Source: Candidatus Latescibacterota bacterium
GTDB taxonomy: Bacteria; Latescibacterota; UBA2968; UBA8231
Length of the DNA: 64,000 nt
Direction of reading: 5' to 3'
Assembly (NCBI GenBank): GCA_965200315.1
Contig: OZ241362.1
Coordinates: forward strand, 1,952,001-2,016,000
Below are positions 48,142 to 57,161 of the stretch, piece by piece. The position numbers and the translations under genes are program-made. Under the pieces are notes generated by a model. That model was not told the DNA's origin. It searched no databases and saw only the letters and a list, made by a program, of their open reading frames with translations. Positions within the stretch are counted from its first letter, which is position 1. Each line of letters starts with the position of its first letter.

Positions 48142-49434
48142 ATGGAACGCAGAGCATTCTTCAAGGGAATCGCCGCAGCCGCGGCCGCAGCCCCGCTCCT
48201 TCCCGACGTGGCCGAAGGACTTGCCGAACGGCTCGGCACCCTCAGTCGCGCCGTGGCGGCCGCTAGCAGCGAGCGCACCCTGTGGCAGCGGGTGCGGCGC
48301 GAGTTTCGCCTACACCCCGGCCTAGTGCATCTCAACTGCGGCAGCATCGGCGCGACGCCCCGCGTGGTGACCGACGCCCTGATCTCGTATCTCGCCGAAC
48401 TGGAGGGCAATCCGCTGGCCAATACCTGGGGCGGCCTCGGCAACGAGATGGAAACGGTGCGGGCCAAAGGGGCCGAGTTCATTGGGGCCGAGTTGGACGA
48501 AATTGCGCTGACGCGCAATACGACCGAAGGCATGAACCACGTAGCCAGCGGCCTCGACCTCCAGCCGGGCGACGAAGTGCTGACGACCAATCACGAGCAC
48601 GGCGGCGGCATGGTCTGCTGGCAGCACTTGGCGCGCACTCGCGGCGTGGTGGTTCGCTGCATCAAAATGCCTAATCCCGTGCGCGATGCCGCCCAGCTCC
48701 TGCAATTAGTGGAAGATCACCTGACGCCGCGCACCCGCGTGTGCAGCTTCTGTCACATCGACACCATCACCGGGCTGCAAATGCCACTAACGGCCATCGC
48801 CGCCCTCGCCCGCCCCCGCGACATCCTGCTGGTCTGCGACGGCGCGCAGGCCCCGGGCATGATCGACGTCGACGTCAAAGCACTTGGCGTAGATACCTAT
48901 GCCTCCAGCAGCCACAAGTGGATGCTCGCGCCCAAGGGCACGGGTTTGCTCTACATCCGCAGGGAAGTGCAAGATCGCGTACGGCCCGTGTTCACGTATT
49001 CCGGGTACAGTGCCTATTCCGCCTCGTCTGGCACCCGCAACGTGCCGCAAATCGTCGCGCACGGGGTAGCGATGGAATTCCACAACACCATCGGCCGCCC
49101 GCGCATTGAAGCGCGCTGCCGCCAGCTCAGCGCCTACGCGCGCCAGCGTCTCACGGAAATCCCCCAACTCACACCAATCACCCCACCCCAGCGCGAGCTG
49201 TCCGCGGGCATCGTCAGCTTCGCACTCACCAGCGGCCGCCACAGCGAAGTCGTCTCTGCGCTACAAAAGCGCGACATTTTCCTCAAACCAGCGCAGGGCA
49301 CGTACGCCTATGTGGAAGACGCTGGCGTACCGAAGGAAAACTACAACGCCATCCGCATCTCCACGCACATCTTCAACGACGAGACCGACATCGACCGCGC
49401 CGTCGCGGCGTTGCAGATGGCGATAGCCCGCTAG
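48142..49434 (+). CDS. Tat-exported aminotransferase class V (isopenicillin N epimerase/cysteine desulfurase-like)
   Basis: ERRAFFK Tat motif, LNCGSIG, RNTTEG, HEH, DGAQ, SSHKW (PLP lysine), RISTH. Confidence 0.9.
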   Translation: MERRAFFKGIAAAAAAAPLLPDVAEGLAERLGTLSRAVAAASSERTLWQRVRREFRLHPGLVHLNCGSIGATPRVVTDALISYLAELEGNPLANTWGGLGNEMETVRAKGAEFIGAELDEIALTRNTTEGMNHVASGLDLQPGDEVLTTNHEHGGGMVCWQHLARTRGVVVRCIKMPNPVRDAAQLLQLVEDHLTPRTRVCSFCHIDTITGLQMPLTAIAALARPRDILLVCDGAQAPGMIDVDVKALGVDTYASSSHKWMLAPKGTGLLYIRREVQDRVRPVFTYSGYSAYSASSGTRNVPQIVAHGVAMEFHNTIGRPRIEARCRQLSAYARQRLTEIPQLTPITPPQRELSAGIVSFALTSGRHSEVVSALQKRDIFLKPAQGTYAYVEDAGVPKENYNAIRISTHIFNDETDIDRAVAALQMAIAR

Positions 49435-49496
49435 CAATACGAAACAAATCCGTTAAAACCGACGACGCGCCGATTCGTCCCTACGTTGGTGTGTGG

Positions 49497-49822
49497 TATA
49501 GCCATCCGACACGCCGGGCGCGGCGCGCAGGAGCACACCCGGTTCAGTCGAGCCCCCGGGATCGAAGGCATCCAGCCCTCGAAATACGCCACACCTCTAA
49601 GCGACCCGCCCCGAAAAGCCGCCCGACGGGCGCGGTAAAAGTGTTTCTGATGGCCCCTATAGCCATCCTACCTGACTTGCGCCGCTGGCAGCGTTGTGCT
49701 CTCATCGACTTGGTGCCGCCGGTGCTTGGTGGTCCATGCCTACGTCCTTGGGGGGCCGGCCGCTGGCCTGCGGGCGAGACGCCCGCGCACCCGCATCTCA
49801 CGAATGAGGTAGGATTGCTATA
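49497..49822. mobile_element. Composite MITE, family A
   Basis: Left end TATAGCCATCCGAC (49497), second left end TATAGCCATCCTACC (49658), right end GGTAGGATTGCTATA (49822); similar to 11925-12135. Confidence 0.75.
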
Positions 49823-49950
49823 TCCTGTGTGGCAATTTGTGTGAAGATCCGCACTACATTCCCTTTTACTAGTAAGCGAAAATGGACAGCCGTCTAAAAA
49901 TTCCTAGCGAGCCAACGCGGCAAGCACCGGGGATTTTCGGCTGCTGCGCC

Positions 49951-50949
49951 TCAGCGCCGGTTGCCCCCCTCGGGTCCGATCTCGCCCGTGCCCACCCCCA
50001 CGCCCGTAAGCACCTCGCTGTAGCCGGGATAGGTGACGGCGTATTGGAAGCCCTCGTTGGTGCCGGCCGCGCCAAAACGGCCCTGCTTGTCGAGCGCGAC
50101 GAAATTGAGGTGCAATTCCTCGACCGGCCGCGGGTCGAGCGCGACGATGCGGCGGATGGTCTCGACGCAGGCTTCCTGCGGGTGCAACCCCCCGCGCATG
50201 TATTCGACCGCGAGGAAGGTGGCGCAGTAGCGCATGACGTTCTCGCCCAAGCCAGTAGCTCCGGCCGCGCCCACGCCCCCATCGACGTACAGGCCGCTGC
50301 CGATGATCGGCGAGTCGCCAACGCGGCCCGGCAGCTTGTAGCCCCAGCCGCTGGTCGAGCAGCCGCCCGCGATCCGCCCCTCACCGTCGAGGCCAAGCAG
50401 GGCGATGGTATCGTGGTTGTCGGCCGCGCCCTGCTTGGCCCGCCATTTCTCCCACGCCTCGTGCCTTTCTTTCGTAAGCAACTCGACGCTGGCAAATCCC
50501 TGCTCCAGCGCGAATTGCCGCGCCCCTTCGCCCACGAGCATAACGTGCTTGGTCGCGTCCATCACCCGGCGCGCCACCGAGATCGGGTGCAGGATCCCCT
50601 CAATGGCGGCGACGCTGCCGGCGCGTTGTCCCTCGCCATCCATGATGCAGGCGTCGAGTTGCACCACGCCCCGGGCGTTGGGTATGCCGCCCAATCCTAC
50701 GGATGCGTTAGAGGCGTCGGCCTCGGCGACGTGGATGCCGCGCTCGACCGCGTCGAGAACCGAACCGCCCTGTTCGGCAGTCCGCAGCGATTGTTCGTTG
50801 GCCGCTTTGCCAAAGGGCCAAGTGGAGACGAAGAGAGGGCGGTCCGTGCTCATGGAAATGTCCTTTTCTGCACGCGCCGTCCCGGCAAGAGCTAGACCAC
50901 CGGCGGCTAGCGCGGTCTCGCGCATGAAGCGGCGGCGACTCAGCGGCAT
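49951..50949 (-). CDS. Tat-exported N(4)-(beta-N-acetylglucosaminyl)-L-asparaginase (Ntn hydrolase)
   Basis: SRRRFM Tat motif, STW, SVGLGG-P, LDACIMD, HDTI (autocleavage D-T), PGRVGDSPIIGSG, ATGLGE. Confidence 0.92.
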   Translation of the reverse strand: MPLSRRRFMRETALAAGGLALAGTARAEKDISMSTDRPLFVSTWPFGKAANEQSLRTAEQGGSVLDAVERGIHVAEADASNASVGLGGIPNARGVVQLDACIMDGEGQRAGSVAAIEGILHPISVARRVMDATKHVMLVGEGARQFALEQGFASVELLTKERHEAWEKWRAKQGAADNHDTIALLGLDGEGRIAGGCSTSGWGYKLPGRVGDSPIIGSGLYVDGGVGAAGATGLGENVMRYCATFLAVEYMRGGLHPQEACVETIRRIVALDPRPVEELHLNFVALDKQGRFGAAGTNEGFQYAVTYPGYSEVLTGVGVGTGEIGPEGGNRR

Positions 50950-50952
50950 GGC

Positions 50953-51411
50953 CTAATCCTCGTCGGCATTGTGATGGTCGCCATCGTCATCCGTGTTTTT
51001 ATGGGCGATGGCAGCGATCTCAACGCGAAAGTCAAAGACGATCTGTGCTCCACCAGTGCAGGCCCGCGCCGGGAATTGTTCTTTAAAGTAGGAAGCGTAT
51101 GCCTTGTTCATCTCGTGGTAATCTTCAATGTCCGCGAGCCAGACCGTGACGTTGACAAGGTCGTCGTACGCATAACCATGCTCTTCGAGTATGTGCCCGA
51201 TGTTTTCCATGATCTGATGAGTCTCCGCCGCGACCGACTCCTTGACGTCGGCACCGTCGGCCGTGCGGGCGATCTGGCCGCTGATGAAGAGGAGATCGCC
51301 GGCTTGGCGGGCCGGGCTGAAGGGCAGGGTCTTGAGCGGCACGGCCTCTTGGGCAAGGGCTGGCGAGACAGCGAGCGCACACGCGAGCGCGGCGCGGATG
51401 CAGCTTTTCAT
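50953..51411 (-). CDS. RidA/YjgF-family protein with an N-terminal signal peptide
   Basis: PFSPA, LFISGQI, MNKAYASYF, FPARA, VEI; signal peptide ending ALA-QE. Confidence 0.88.
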   Translation of the reverse strand: MKSCIRAALACALAVSPALAQEAVPLKTLPFSPARQAGDLLFISGQIARTADGADVKESVAAETHQIMENIGHILEEHGYAYDDLVNVTVWLADIEDYHEMNKAYASYFKEQFPARACTGGAQIVFDFRVEIAAIAHKNTDDDGDHHNADED

Positions 51412-51604
51412 AAGGTATCTCCTAGTTTGGGTTAGACCTGTTAATAAGCTCAAAAGGCTCTAAGGCGACAACCGGCGCGGGCGGGGTTAAGGTTTTGAAT
51501 ATATTACCGTAAAGCCGTTACTGCATTTTTTTGACGGCGCGATGGTCTGCGCTTATTTTTTATGCCTCACAGAATTTCAAACCCCAATTAAGGAGATTCC
51601 AATT

Positions 51605-51808
51605 ATGGCCGAACGGACCTCCCGCGACCACGGCGAGCGCATTGGCCGCCTCGAAGGCATCATCGAGCAAATTAACGAGTGCCTCGGTGGCATAACCCGT
51701 CGCCTCGACAGCCTAGAAATCAACCACCGCCGAGACTTTCGCTGGCTCATCGGCCTTCAGTTGGCTACTTGGGCTACCATCGTTGGACTGAGATTATTTG
51801 GCGGGTAG
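51605..51808 (+). CDS. Small coiled-coil protein with a C-terminal TM anchor (DUF1640/CCDC90-like)
   Basis: RBS AAGGAG; ERIGRLEGIIEQI...RLDSLE...DFRWLIGLQLATWATIVGL. Confidence 0.65.
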   Translation: MAERTSRDHGERIGRLEGIIEQINECLGGITRRLDSLEINHRRDFRWLIGLQLATWATIVGLRLFGG

Positions 51809-51813
51809 CTGCC

Positions 51814-52437
51814 TTGCTAAAGACGCTTAAAGACATCGCTCGCGTCCAGATGGGCCTTTCCTTTCGTTCCCGCATTGAGCCGGATGCGGACGGGGCTTTT
51901 GCAGTCATTCAGATGCGCGACCTGACCGAGGATAACAAACTGAGCCGTCGCAATCTGATCACTATTGAGATAAACGGCCTCAGCGACCACCATTTGGTAA
52001 AACGCAAAGACTTGATTTTTCGCTCTAGAGGGCAGACCACTACGGCGACAATCGTTGATACGGAGATCGGTCCGGCGGTTGTCGCGGCGCCGCTGTTGAG
52101 AATCCGAGTTACGAGCAAGCACGTCCTGTCGGAGTATTTGTGCTGGTTCATCAACCAAGCGTCAGCCCAGGCGTTTTTGCACAGCAGGGCTACCGGGACG
52201 GCGATGACAGTGATTGGCAAATCCGCTCTCAATGAGTTGCAAGTTCCCCTGCCCGACCTTGCAACTCAGGAGCGCATCGTCGCCTTGGCCGATTTGTCGA
52301 ATAAGGAGCAGAAGCTGATGAGGGAGTTGGCCGAGAAGAAGGAAAAACTGGTCAACGGGATTCAGATGCGATGGGCGACAGAAGTATCCGCAGATGGACG
52401 CAGATGGGCGCAGATATTAAACCGATGGGAGCGATAA
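51814..52437 (+). CDS. Single-TRD type I restriction specificity-like subunit
   Basis: LKDIARVQMG, DLIFRSRG, EYLCWFINQ, VPLPDLATQERIV; immediately upstream of hsdM. Confidence 0.8.
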   Translation: MLKTLKDIARVQMGLSFRSRIEPDADGAFAVIQMRDLTEDNKLSRRNLITIEINGLSDHHLVKRKDLIFRSRGQTTTATIVDTEIGPAVVAAPLLRIRVTSKHVLSEYLCWFINQASAQAFLHSRATGTAMTVIGKSALNELQVPLPDLATQERIVALADLSNKEQKLMRELAEKKEKLVNGIQMRWATEVSADGRRWAQILNRWER

Positions 52438-52441
52438 AAAT

Positions 52442-53953
52442 ATGAGCGATCAGATCCAGCAGAAAGATATCAACAGTGCCGCTTGGTCCGCTTGCGACAC
52501 CTTTCGCGGGGTGATGGATGCGACGGGATACAAAGACTACATTCTCGTGATGCTATTCCTCAAGTACATCTCCGATGTATGGAAAGATCACTACGAGGAA
52601 TATCAAAGAAGATACGGCGGTAATGATGAGCGCATCCGGCGTAGGTTGAAAAACGAGCGTTTTGTCCTGCCAGAAGGCAGCAGCTTTTACGACCTCTATG
52701 AACGGCGCTCGGAAGCCAATGTTGGCGAACTCATCAATATCGCACTGGAGGCGATTGAAACGGAGAACAAAGAGAAACTCGAAGATGTTTTCCGCAATAT
52801 AGATTTCAACAGCGAGGCCAATCTCGGCAAAACCAGAGATCGCAATCGCCGCCTGAAAATGCTACTAGAAGATTTCAACAAGCCCGAATTGAACATGCGC
52901 CCCAGCCGCGTTTCAGAAGATGTAATCGGCAATACTTACATCTATCTGATCGAGCGTTTCGCCTCTGACGCGGGAAAAAAAGCCGGCGAGTTCTACACGC
53001 CGCACAAGGTGTCCGAACTGGTCGCGAGACTGTGCGCTCCCAAGCGAGGAGCCCGCATCTGCGACCCCGCCTGCGGTTCCGCCGGGTTGCTGATTGAGGC
53101 GGCCCGCTTGGTGGGCGGCAAGGACTACGCCCTGTACGGCATGGAGGTGAACGGCAGCACTTGGGCACTGGCGCGGATGAATATGTTTCTGCACGGTGCC
53201 GACTCCGCCCGCATCGAATGGTGCAACACCCTTACTGCCCCAACACTGGCGGAAAACAACCAACTGATAAAGTTCGACAACGTGGTCGCCAATCCGCCGT
53301 TTTCGCTGGACAAGTGGGGCGCAGAAGACGCCGATGCAGATCCGTACAACCGCTTTTGGCGCGGAGTGCCGCCCAAATCCAAGGGCGATTACGCTTTCAT
53401 CAGCCACATGGTGGAAGCGGCGTTAGAAAAAGAGGGGCGGGTCGCGGTGGTGGCTCCGCACGGCGTTTTGTTCCGGGGCGGTGCCGAAGGGCGCATTCGC
53501 CAGCAGTTGATTGAAGAAAATTTGCTCGACGCCGTCATCGGCTTGCCCGGCAATCTATTCCCCACGACCTCGATACCAGTGGCCATTTTGGTCTTTGACC
53601 GCTCGCGGGAGCAAGGGGGGGCGCATGAGAGCCGCAAGGACGTTCTGTTTGTCGATGCGAGCCGTGCATATCAGGCGGGCAAGAATCAAAACACCTTGCT
53701 AGACGAGCATATCGAAAAGATCACCGCTACTTACAAAAAACGCGAAGACGTGGACAAATACGCCCATATCGCCACCTTTGAGGAAATCGCGGAAAACAAC
53801 TTCAACCTGAACATTCCGCGCTATGTGGATACCTTTGAGGAAGAGGAGGAGATTGATATTGATGCGGTGGGGAGAGAAATTGATCAGTTGGAGAAGGAAT
53901 TGAGTGTGGTGCGGGGGGAGATGGGGAGGTTGTTGCAAGGGATCCGCAGATAA
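52442..53953 (+). CDS. hsdM: Type I restriction-modification methyltransferase
   Basis: GEFYTP, DPACGS, NPPF (N6-adenine MTase motif IV), HGVLFRG, NLNIPRYV. Confidence 0.96.
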   Translation: MSDQIQQKDINSAAWSACDTFRGVMDATGYKDYILVMLFLKYISDVWKDHYEEYQRRYGGNDERIRRRLKNERFVLPEGSSFYDLYERRSEANVGELINIALEAIETENKEKLEDVFRNIDFNSEANLGKTRDRNRRLKMLLEDFNKPELNMRPSRVSEDVIGNTYIYLIERFASDAGKKAGEFYTPHKVSELVARLCAPKRGARICDPACGSAGLLIEAARLVGGKDYALYGMEVNGSTWALARMNMFLHGADSARIEWCNTLTAPTLAENNQLIKFDNVVANPPFSLDKWGAEDADADPYNRFWRGVPPKSKGDYAFISHMVEAALEKEGRVAVVAPHGVLFRGGAEGRIRQQLIEENLLDAVIGLPGNLFPTTSIPVAILVFDRSREQGGAHESRKDVLFVDASRAYQAGKNQNTLLDEHIEKITATYKKREDVDKYAHIATFEEIAENNFNLNIPRYVDTFEEEEEIDIDAVGREIDQLEKELSVVRGEMGRLLQGIRR

Positions 53954-53967
53954 AAAAGGATAAAGGC

Positions 53968-54360
53968 ATGAGACGACGAGAAGCTCGCCTCATTTTAGGT
54001 GTAGCTGAGGACGCCACCATAGAGACGATAAAGTCGGCGTTTCGCCGCTATGCCCTCAAGCATCACCCCGACCGCAACCCAGACGACCCAGTTGCCGAGG
54101 AGGCATTTAAGAAGGGTGCTCATGCTTATCGCTTGCTGACGGGGCAGGAGGGGTCCGACCTAGATGCGTTGTTCGAGCAGTTTGATGACATAGAGCAGGC
54201 CCTCGACAAAATGGAGCAGTCCTTTGACGAATTTGAAAAAAACGTGTCAGAAGGGCTCGACCGAATCGAAACCAAGATGTCCCGCATGTTTAAGTGGGTC
54301 ATCATCTTGATGATTTTCACGACCCTATCGTTGAGCCTTGTCATTCTGCTCGGTTTCTGA
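53968..54360 (+). CDS. J-domain protein with a coiled coil and C-terminal TM anchor
   Basis: ILGV...IKSAFRRYALKHHPDRN (HPD motif)...AY; acidic heptads; MFKWVIILMIFTTLSLSLVILLGF. Confidence 0.85.
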   Translation: MRRREARLILGVAEDATIETIKSAFRRYALKHHPDRNPDDPVAEEAFKKGAHAYRLLTGQEGSDLDALFEQFDDIEQALDKMEQSFDEFEKNVSEGLDRIETKMSRMFKWVIILMIFTTLSLSLVILLGF

Positions 54361-54378
54361 TAGCAGGAGGAGCAGACA

Positions 54379-54667
54379 ATGGCCAAGACCAAAACAACGC
54401 GCTACGACGTCGCCGAGCATCTGCGTACACCCGAGGAGATGGCGGCCCTGCTTTGAAGAAGCGGACAGCGATGCGGCCTTTATCACCAAAGCACTGAGCG
54501 ACATTGCTCGCGCCAGGGGCATGTCTCAACTCGCGAGGGATGCCGGTTTGTCTAAGGAGAGCTTGTACAAGGATTTGTCTGGAAAGCAGCCGCCGAGCTT
54601 CGATACGATCCTAAAGGTGGTGAACTCCTTGGGGCTGAAGCTGCGTACAGAAGCCATCAAACGCTGA
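54379..54667 (+). pseudogene. Addiction-module antidote (HI1420/HigA-like HTH), frameshifted
   Basis: MAKTKTTRYDVAEHLRTPEEMAA stops early. CFEEADSDAAFITKALSDIARARGMSQLARDAGLSKESLYK continues in another frame. Confidence 0.82.
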
Positions 54668-54691
54668 GTGTGTGGAGTGACTTTGAGTAGA

Positions 54692-55870
54692 ATGACAGTG
54701 AAAAATGATGCGTTGCCGAAGGGGTGGCGGAGGGTGAGGTTGGGAGAGATATATAACATCTCAGCTAGCGGCGACCTTGATGCTAAATCAGCTTCCCCGA
54801 TTCAAGATGAAAAGCATCCTCATCCAACCTACTCTAACGCTCTCACAAATAAAGGACTACATAGCTATAGTAGCTATGCAAAATATGATGAAGATTCGAT
54901 TACAATTACCGCACGAGGTGATATTGGCTTTGCAAATCATAGAAAGACAAAATTCATGGCAATAGGCCGTTTATTAGTTCTGAAGAGTAAAGTTCCCGTC
55001 TCAAACAAGTTTGTTTGTGAATACATAAATCATAAAGTTAGATTTTTCAAAGAGACAACAGGTGTGCCACAGCTCACAGCACCTCAAGCAAGTAAATACT
55101 ACGTCATATTACCTTCCCTGCCCGAACAAAAAGCCATCGCCTCTTTACTGGAAACATGGGACGCGGCGATTGAGAAAACCGAAGCACTGATCGCGGCGAA
55201 GGAGAAGCAGTTTAAGTGGCTGCTGAAAACTCTCATCAGCGACCAGCAGGATAATCCTGAATGGCGAAAGGTGACGTTGGGGGAGATTGGAACCTTCTAC
55301 AAAGGGAAAGGAATCACAAAAGCCGACTTGGTTGATTACGGCATTTCTTGCCTACGCTACGCCGAAATCTACACGAAATACGATGGTATAGTTAATGAAT
55401 TATCTTCCTCTGTCAGTCCAGATGCAGCTACCAAGGCTACGCCGATTCAGTCTGGCGACATCATCTTCGCTGCTTCCGGGGAAACGGCTGCCGAAATCGG
55501 GAAGGCCATCGCTTTCGTTGGTTGCGACCCGGCGGTTGCCGGTGGTGACACCATAATTTTTCGTAATCACGGGCAAGAACCAGCCTATTTGGCACACATG
55601 CTCAATTCCACAGATGTAGCAAGGCAAAAGGCTCGTCTCGGCAAAGGTCAATCCGTCGTTCACATTCACGTCCCGGAGCTTTTTCAGGTTGAGGTGTCTC
55701 TTCCTCCTCTGCATGAACAACGCAAGATCGTCAAAATTTTGGCCACTTGGGACACGGCGGTTAAGAAAATCAAGGCCCTAGCCGAACTATACCGCACACA
55801 AAAGCACGGCTTGATGCAGAAGTTGCTGACGGGAAAGTGGCGGATAAACCTGAAAAAAGGAGACCATTAA
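54692..55870 (+). CDS. hsdS: Type I restriction-modification specificity subunit
   Basis: LPKGWRRVRLGE, LPSLPEQKAIASLL, second TRD, PPLHEQRKIVKIL, GLMQKLLTG. Confidence 0.93.
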   Translation: MTVKNDALPKGWRRVRLGEIYNISASGDLDAKSASPIQDEKHPHPTYSNALTNKGLHSYSSYAKYDEDSITITARGDIGFANHRKTKFMAIGRLLVLKSKVPVSNKFVCEYINHKVRFFKETTGVPQLTAPQASKYYVILPSLPEQKAIASLLETWDAAIEKTEALIAAKEKQFKWLLKTLISDQQDNPEWRKVTLGEIGTFYKGKGITKADLVDYGISCLRYAEIYTKYDGIVNELSSSVSPDAATKATPIQSGDIIFAASGETAAEIGKAIAFVGCDPAVAGGDTIIFRNHGQEPAYLAHMLNSTDVARQKARLGKGQSVVHIHVPELFQVEVSLPPLHEQRKIVKILATWDTAVKKIKALAELYRTQKHGLMQKLLTGKWRINLKKGDH

Positions 55871-55871
55871 A

Positions 55872-56546
55872 ATGGCCAGAAAGATTTTTGTTTCTTATAA
55901 ACACAGCGATAACTCTATTGAACCTCTCAGTAATTATGAAACGACAGCCCGTGCTTATGTGGATGAAATAATTGAATTATTTGAAGGAGATGAAATATAC
56001 AAAGGAGAGGGGAATGAAGATTTAAGTGAATTTAAAGACGAAACCATTGAGACGCATCTAAAAGATAAAATTTATGATAGTAGTATAACACTTGTTTTAA
56101 TTTCACCGAGTATGAAAGAAGATTGGTACAAAAAAGAATCTGACCAATGGATTCCTTGGGAGATATCCTACTCCCTCAAGGAAATCACGCGGAGTGGCCG
56201 CACGAGCCATACAAATGGAGTACTGGCGATTGTATTGCCAGATAGAGGCTCTTCCTATAGCTACTTTCTTGAGGAAGATTCTTGTCCATATTGCCACTGC
56301 ACAACTTTGCGTACCGACAAACTATTTCAAATACTGAGAGACAATATGTTTAATATAAAAAAGCCTACTTTTAATAATTGCTCTAACCATATGATTACCA
56401 ATCCTGTTTACATAGGGCAATCTTCCTACATTTATTCGGTCAAATGGTGTGATTTTGTAGGATATAAAGAGAAATATCTTAAAAAAGTAGAACATCTGAG
56501 AGACAGTATAGATGACTACAACATTAAGAAAACTGTAGAAGATTGA
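55872..56546 (+). CDS. ThsB-like (MTH538/DUF1863) TIR-domain protein
   Basis: KIFVSYK, SSITLVLISP, WIPWEISYSL (catalytic Glu position), NGVLAIVLP; AT-rich. Confidence 0.85.
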   Translation: MARKIFVSYKHSDNSIEPLSNYETTARAYVDEIIELFEGDEIYKGEGNEDLSEFKDETIETHLKDKIYDSSITLVLISPSMKEDWYKKESDQWIPWEISYSLKEITRSGRTSHTNGVLAIVLPDRGSSYSYFLEEDSCPYCHCTTLRTDKLFQILRDNMFNIKKPTFNNCSNHMITNPVYIGQSSYIYSVKWCDFVGYKEKYLKKVEHLRDSIDDYNIKKTVED

Positions 56547-56630
56547 CCCATACATAATAAGGACATCTATGTGCCTTATCTATACACTGTCCCTGATCAC
56601 CGGCATGCCAATTCACATAAGGAGACAAAT

Positions 56631-57155
56631 ATGGTTAACTTACCAAAAAGGAGAGCGTTTTACAGTTTTCACTATATCCCGGACAACTGGCGGGCGTCTC
56701 AAGTTCGCAATATCGGTGTTATCGAAGGCAATAGGCCAGCGACAGATAACGATTGGGAAGTAGTGAAACGGGGTGGAGACACAGCCATAGCTAGATGGAT
56801 CAGGACCCAAATGAAGAGAAGATCCTGTACTATTGTTTTAGTTGGTACAAACACTGCGAATCGCAAGTGGATCAACTACGAAATTAGGGAGTCTTGGAGT
56901 CAGGGAATGGGCGTTGTGGGCATTCGTATCCATGGCTTGGAGGACAAATATGGTCGTATTTCAAGGATGGGTACTAATCCCTTCTCCTACGTTAGAGTTC
57001 CAGGAACATGCACACTGATGTCAACCGTTGTGAAATGTTACAAACCACCGGGTCGGGACAGCACAAAGAAGTATAATTGGATCGCCGATAATCTTTCAGC
57101 GATGGTTGAAGAAGCAATCGCCATCCGCAACCAATATCCCCCTAGCAGGAGGTAA
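56631..57155 (+). CDS. ThsB-like TIR-domain protein
   Basis: RBS AAGGAG then ATG 56631; AFYSFHY, WRASQVRNIG, SCTIVLVG, RKWINYEI, GVVGIRIH. Confidence 0.9.
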   Translation: MVNLPKRRAFYSFHYIPDNWRASQVRNIGVIEGNRPATDNDWEVVKRGGDTAIARWIRTQMKRRSCTIVLVGTNTANRKWINYEIRESWSQGMGVVGIRIHGLEDKYGRISRMGTNPFSYVRVPGTCTLMSTVVKCYKPPGRDSTKKYNWIADNLSAMVEEAIAIRNQYPPSRR

Positions 57156-57161
57156 CGTCAA

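Noticed and set aside
49882-50895. 337-aa plus-strand ORF
   Set aside because: Antisense shadow of the glycosylasparaginase in GC-rich DNA with no recognisable motifs. The same applies to 11947-12738, 24979-25872, 36830-37762 and 46762-47697.
51814-55870. Phase-variable hsdS shufflon (two hsdS-like genes)
   Set aside because: Both genes are co-oriented, no recombinase is present, and I saw no long inverted repeats shared between them. A short single-TRD gene before hsdM is a common arrangement.
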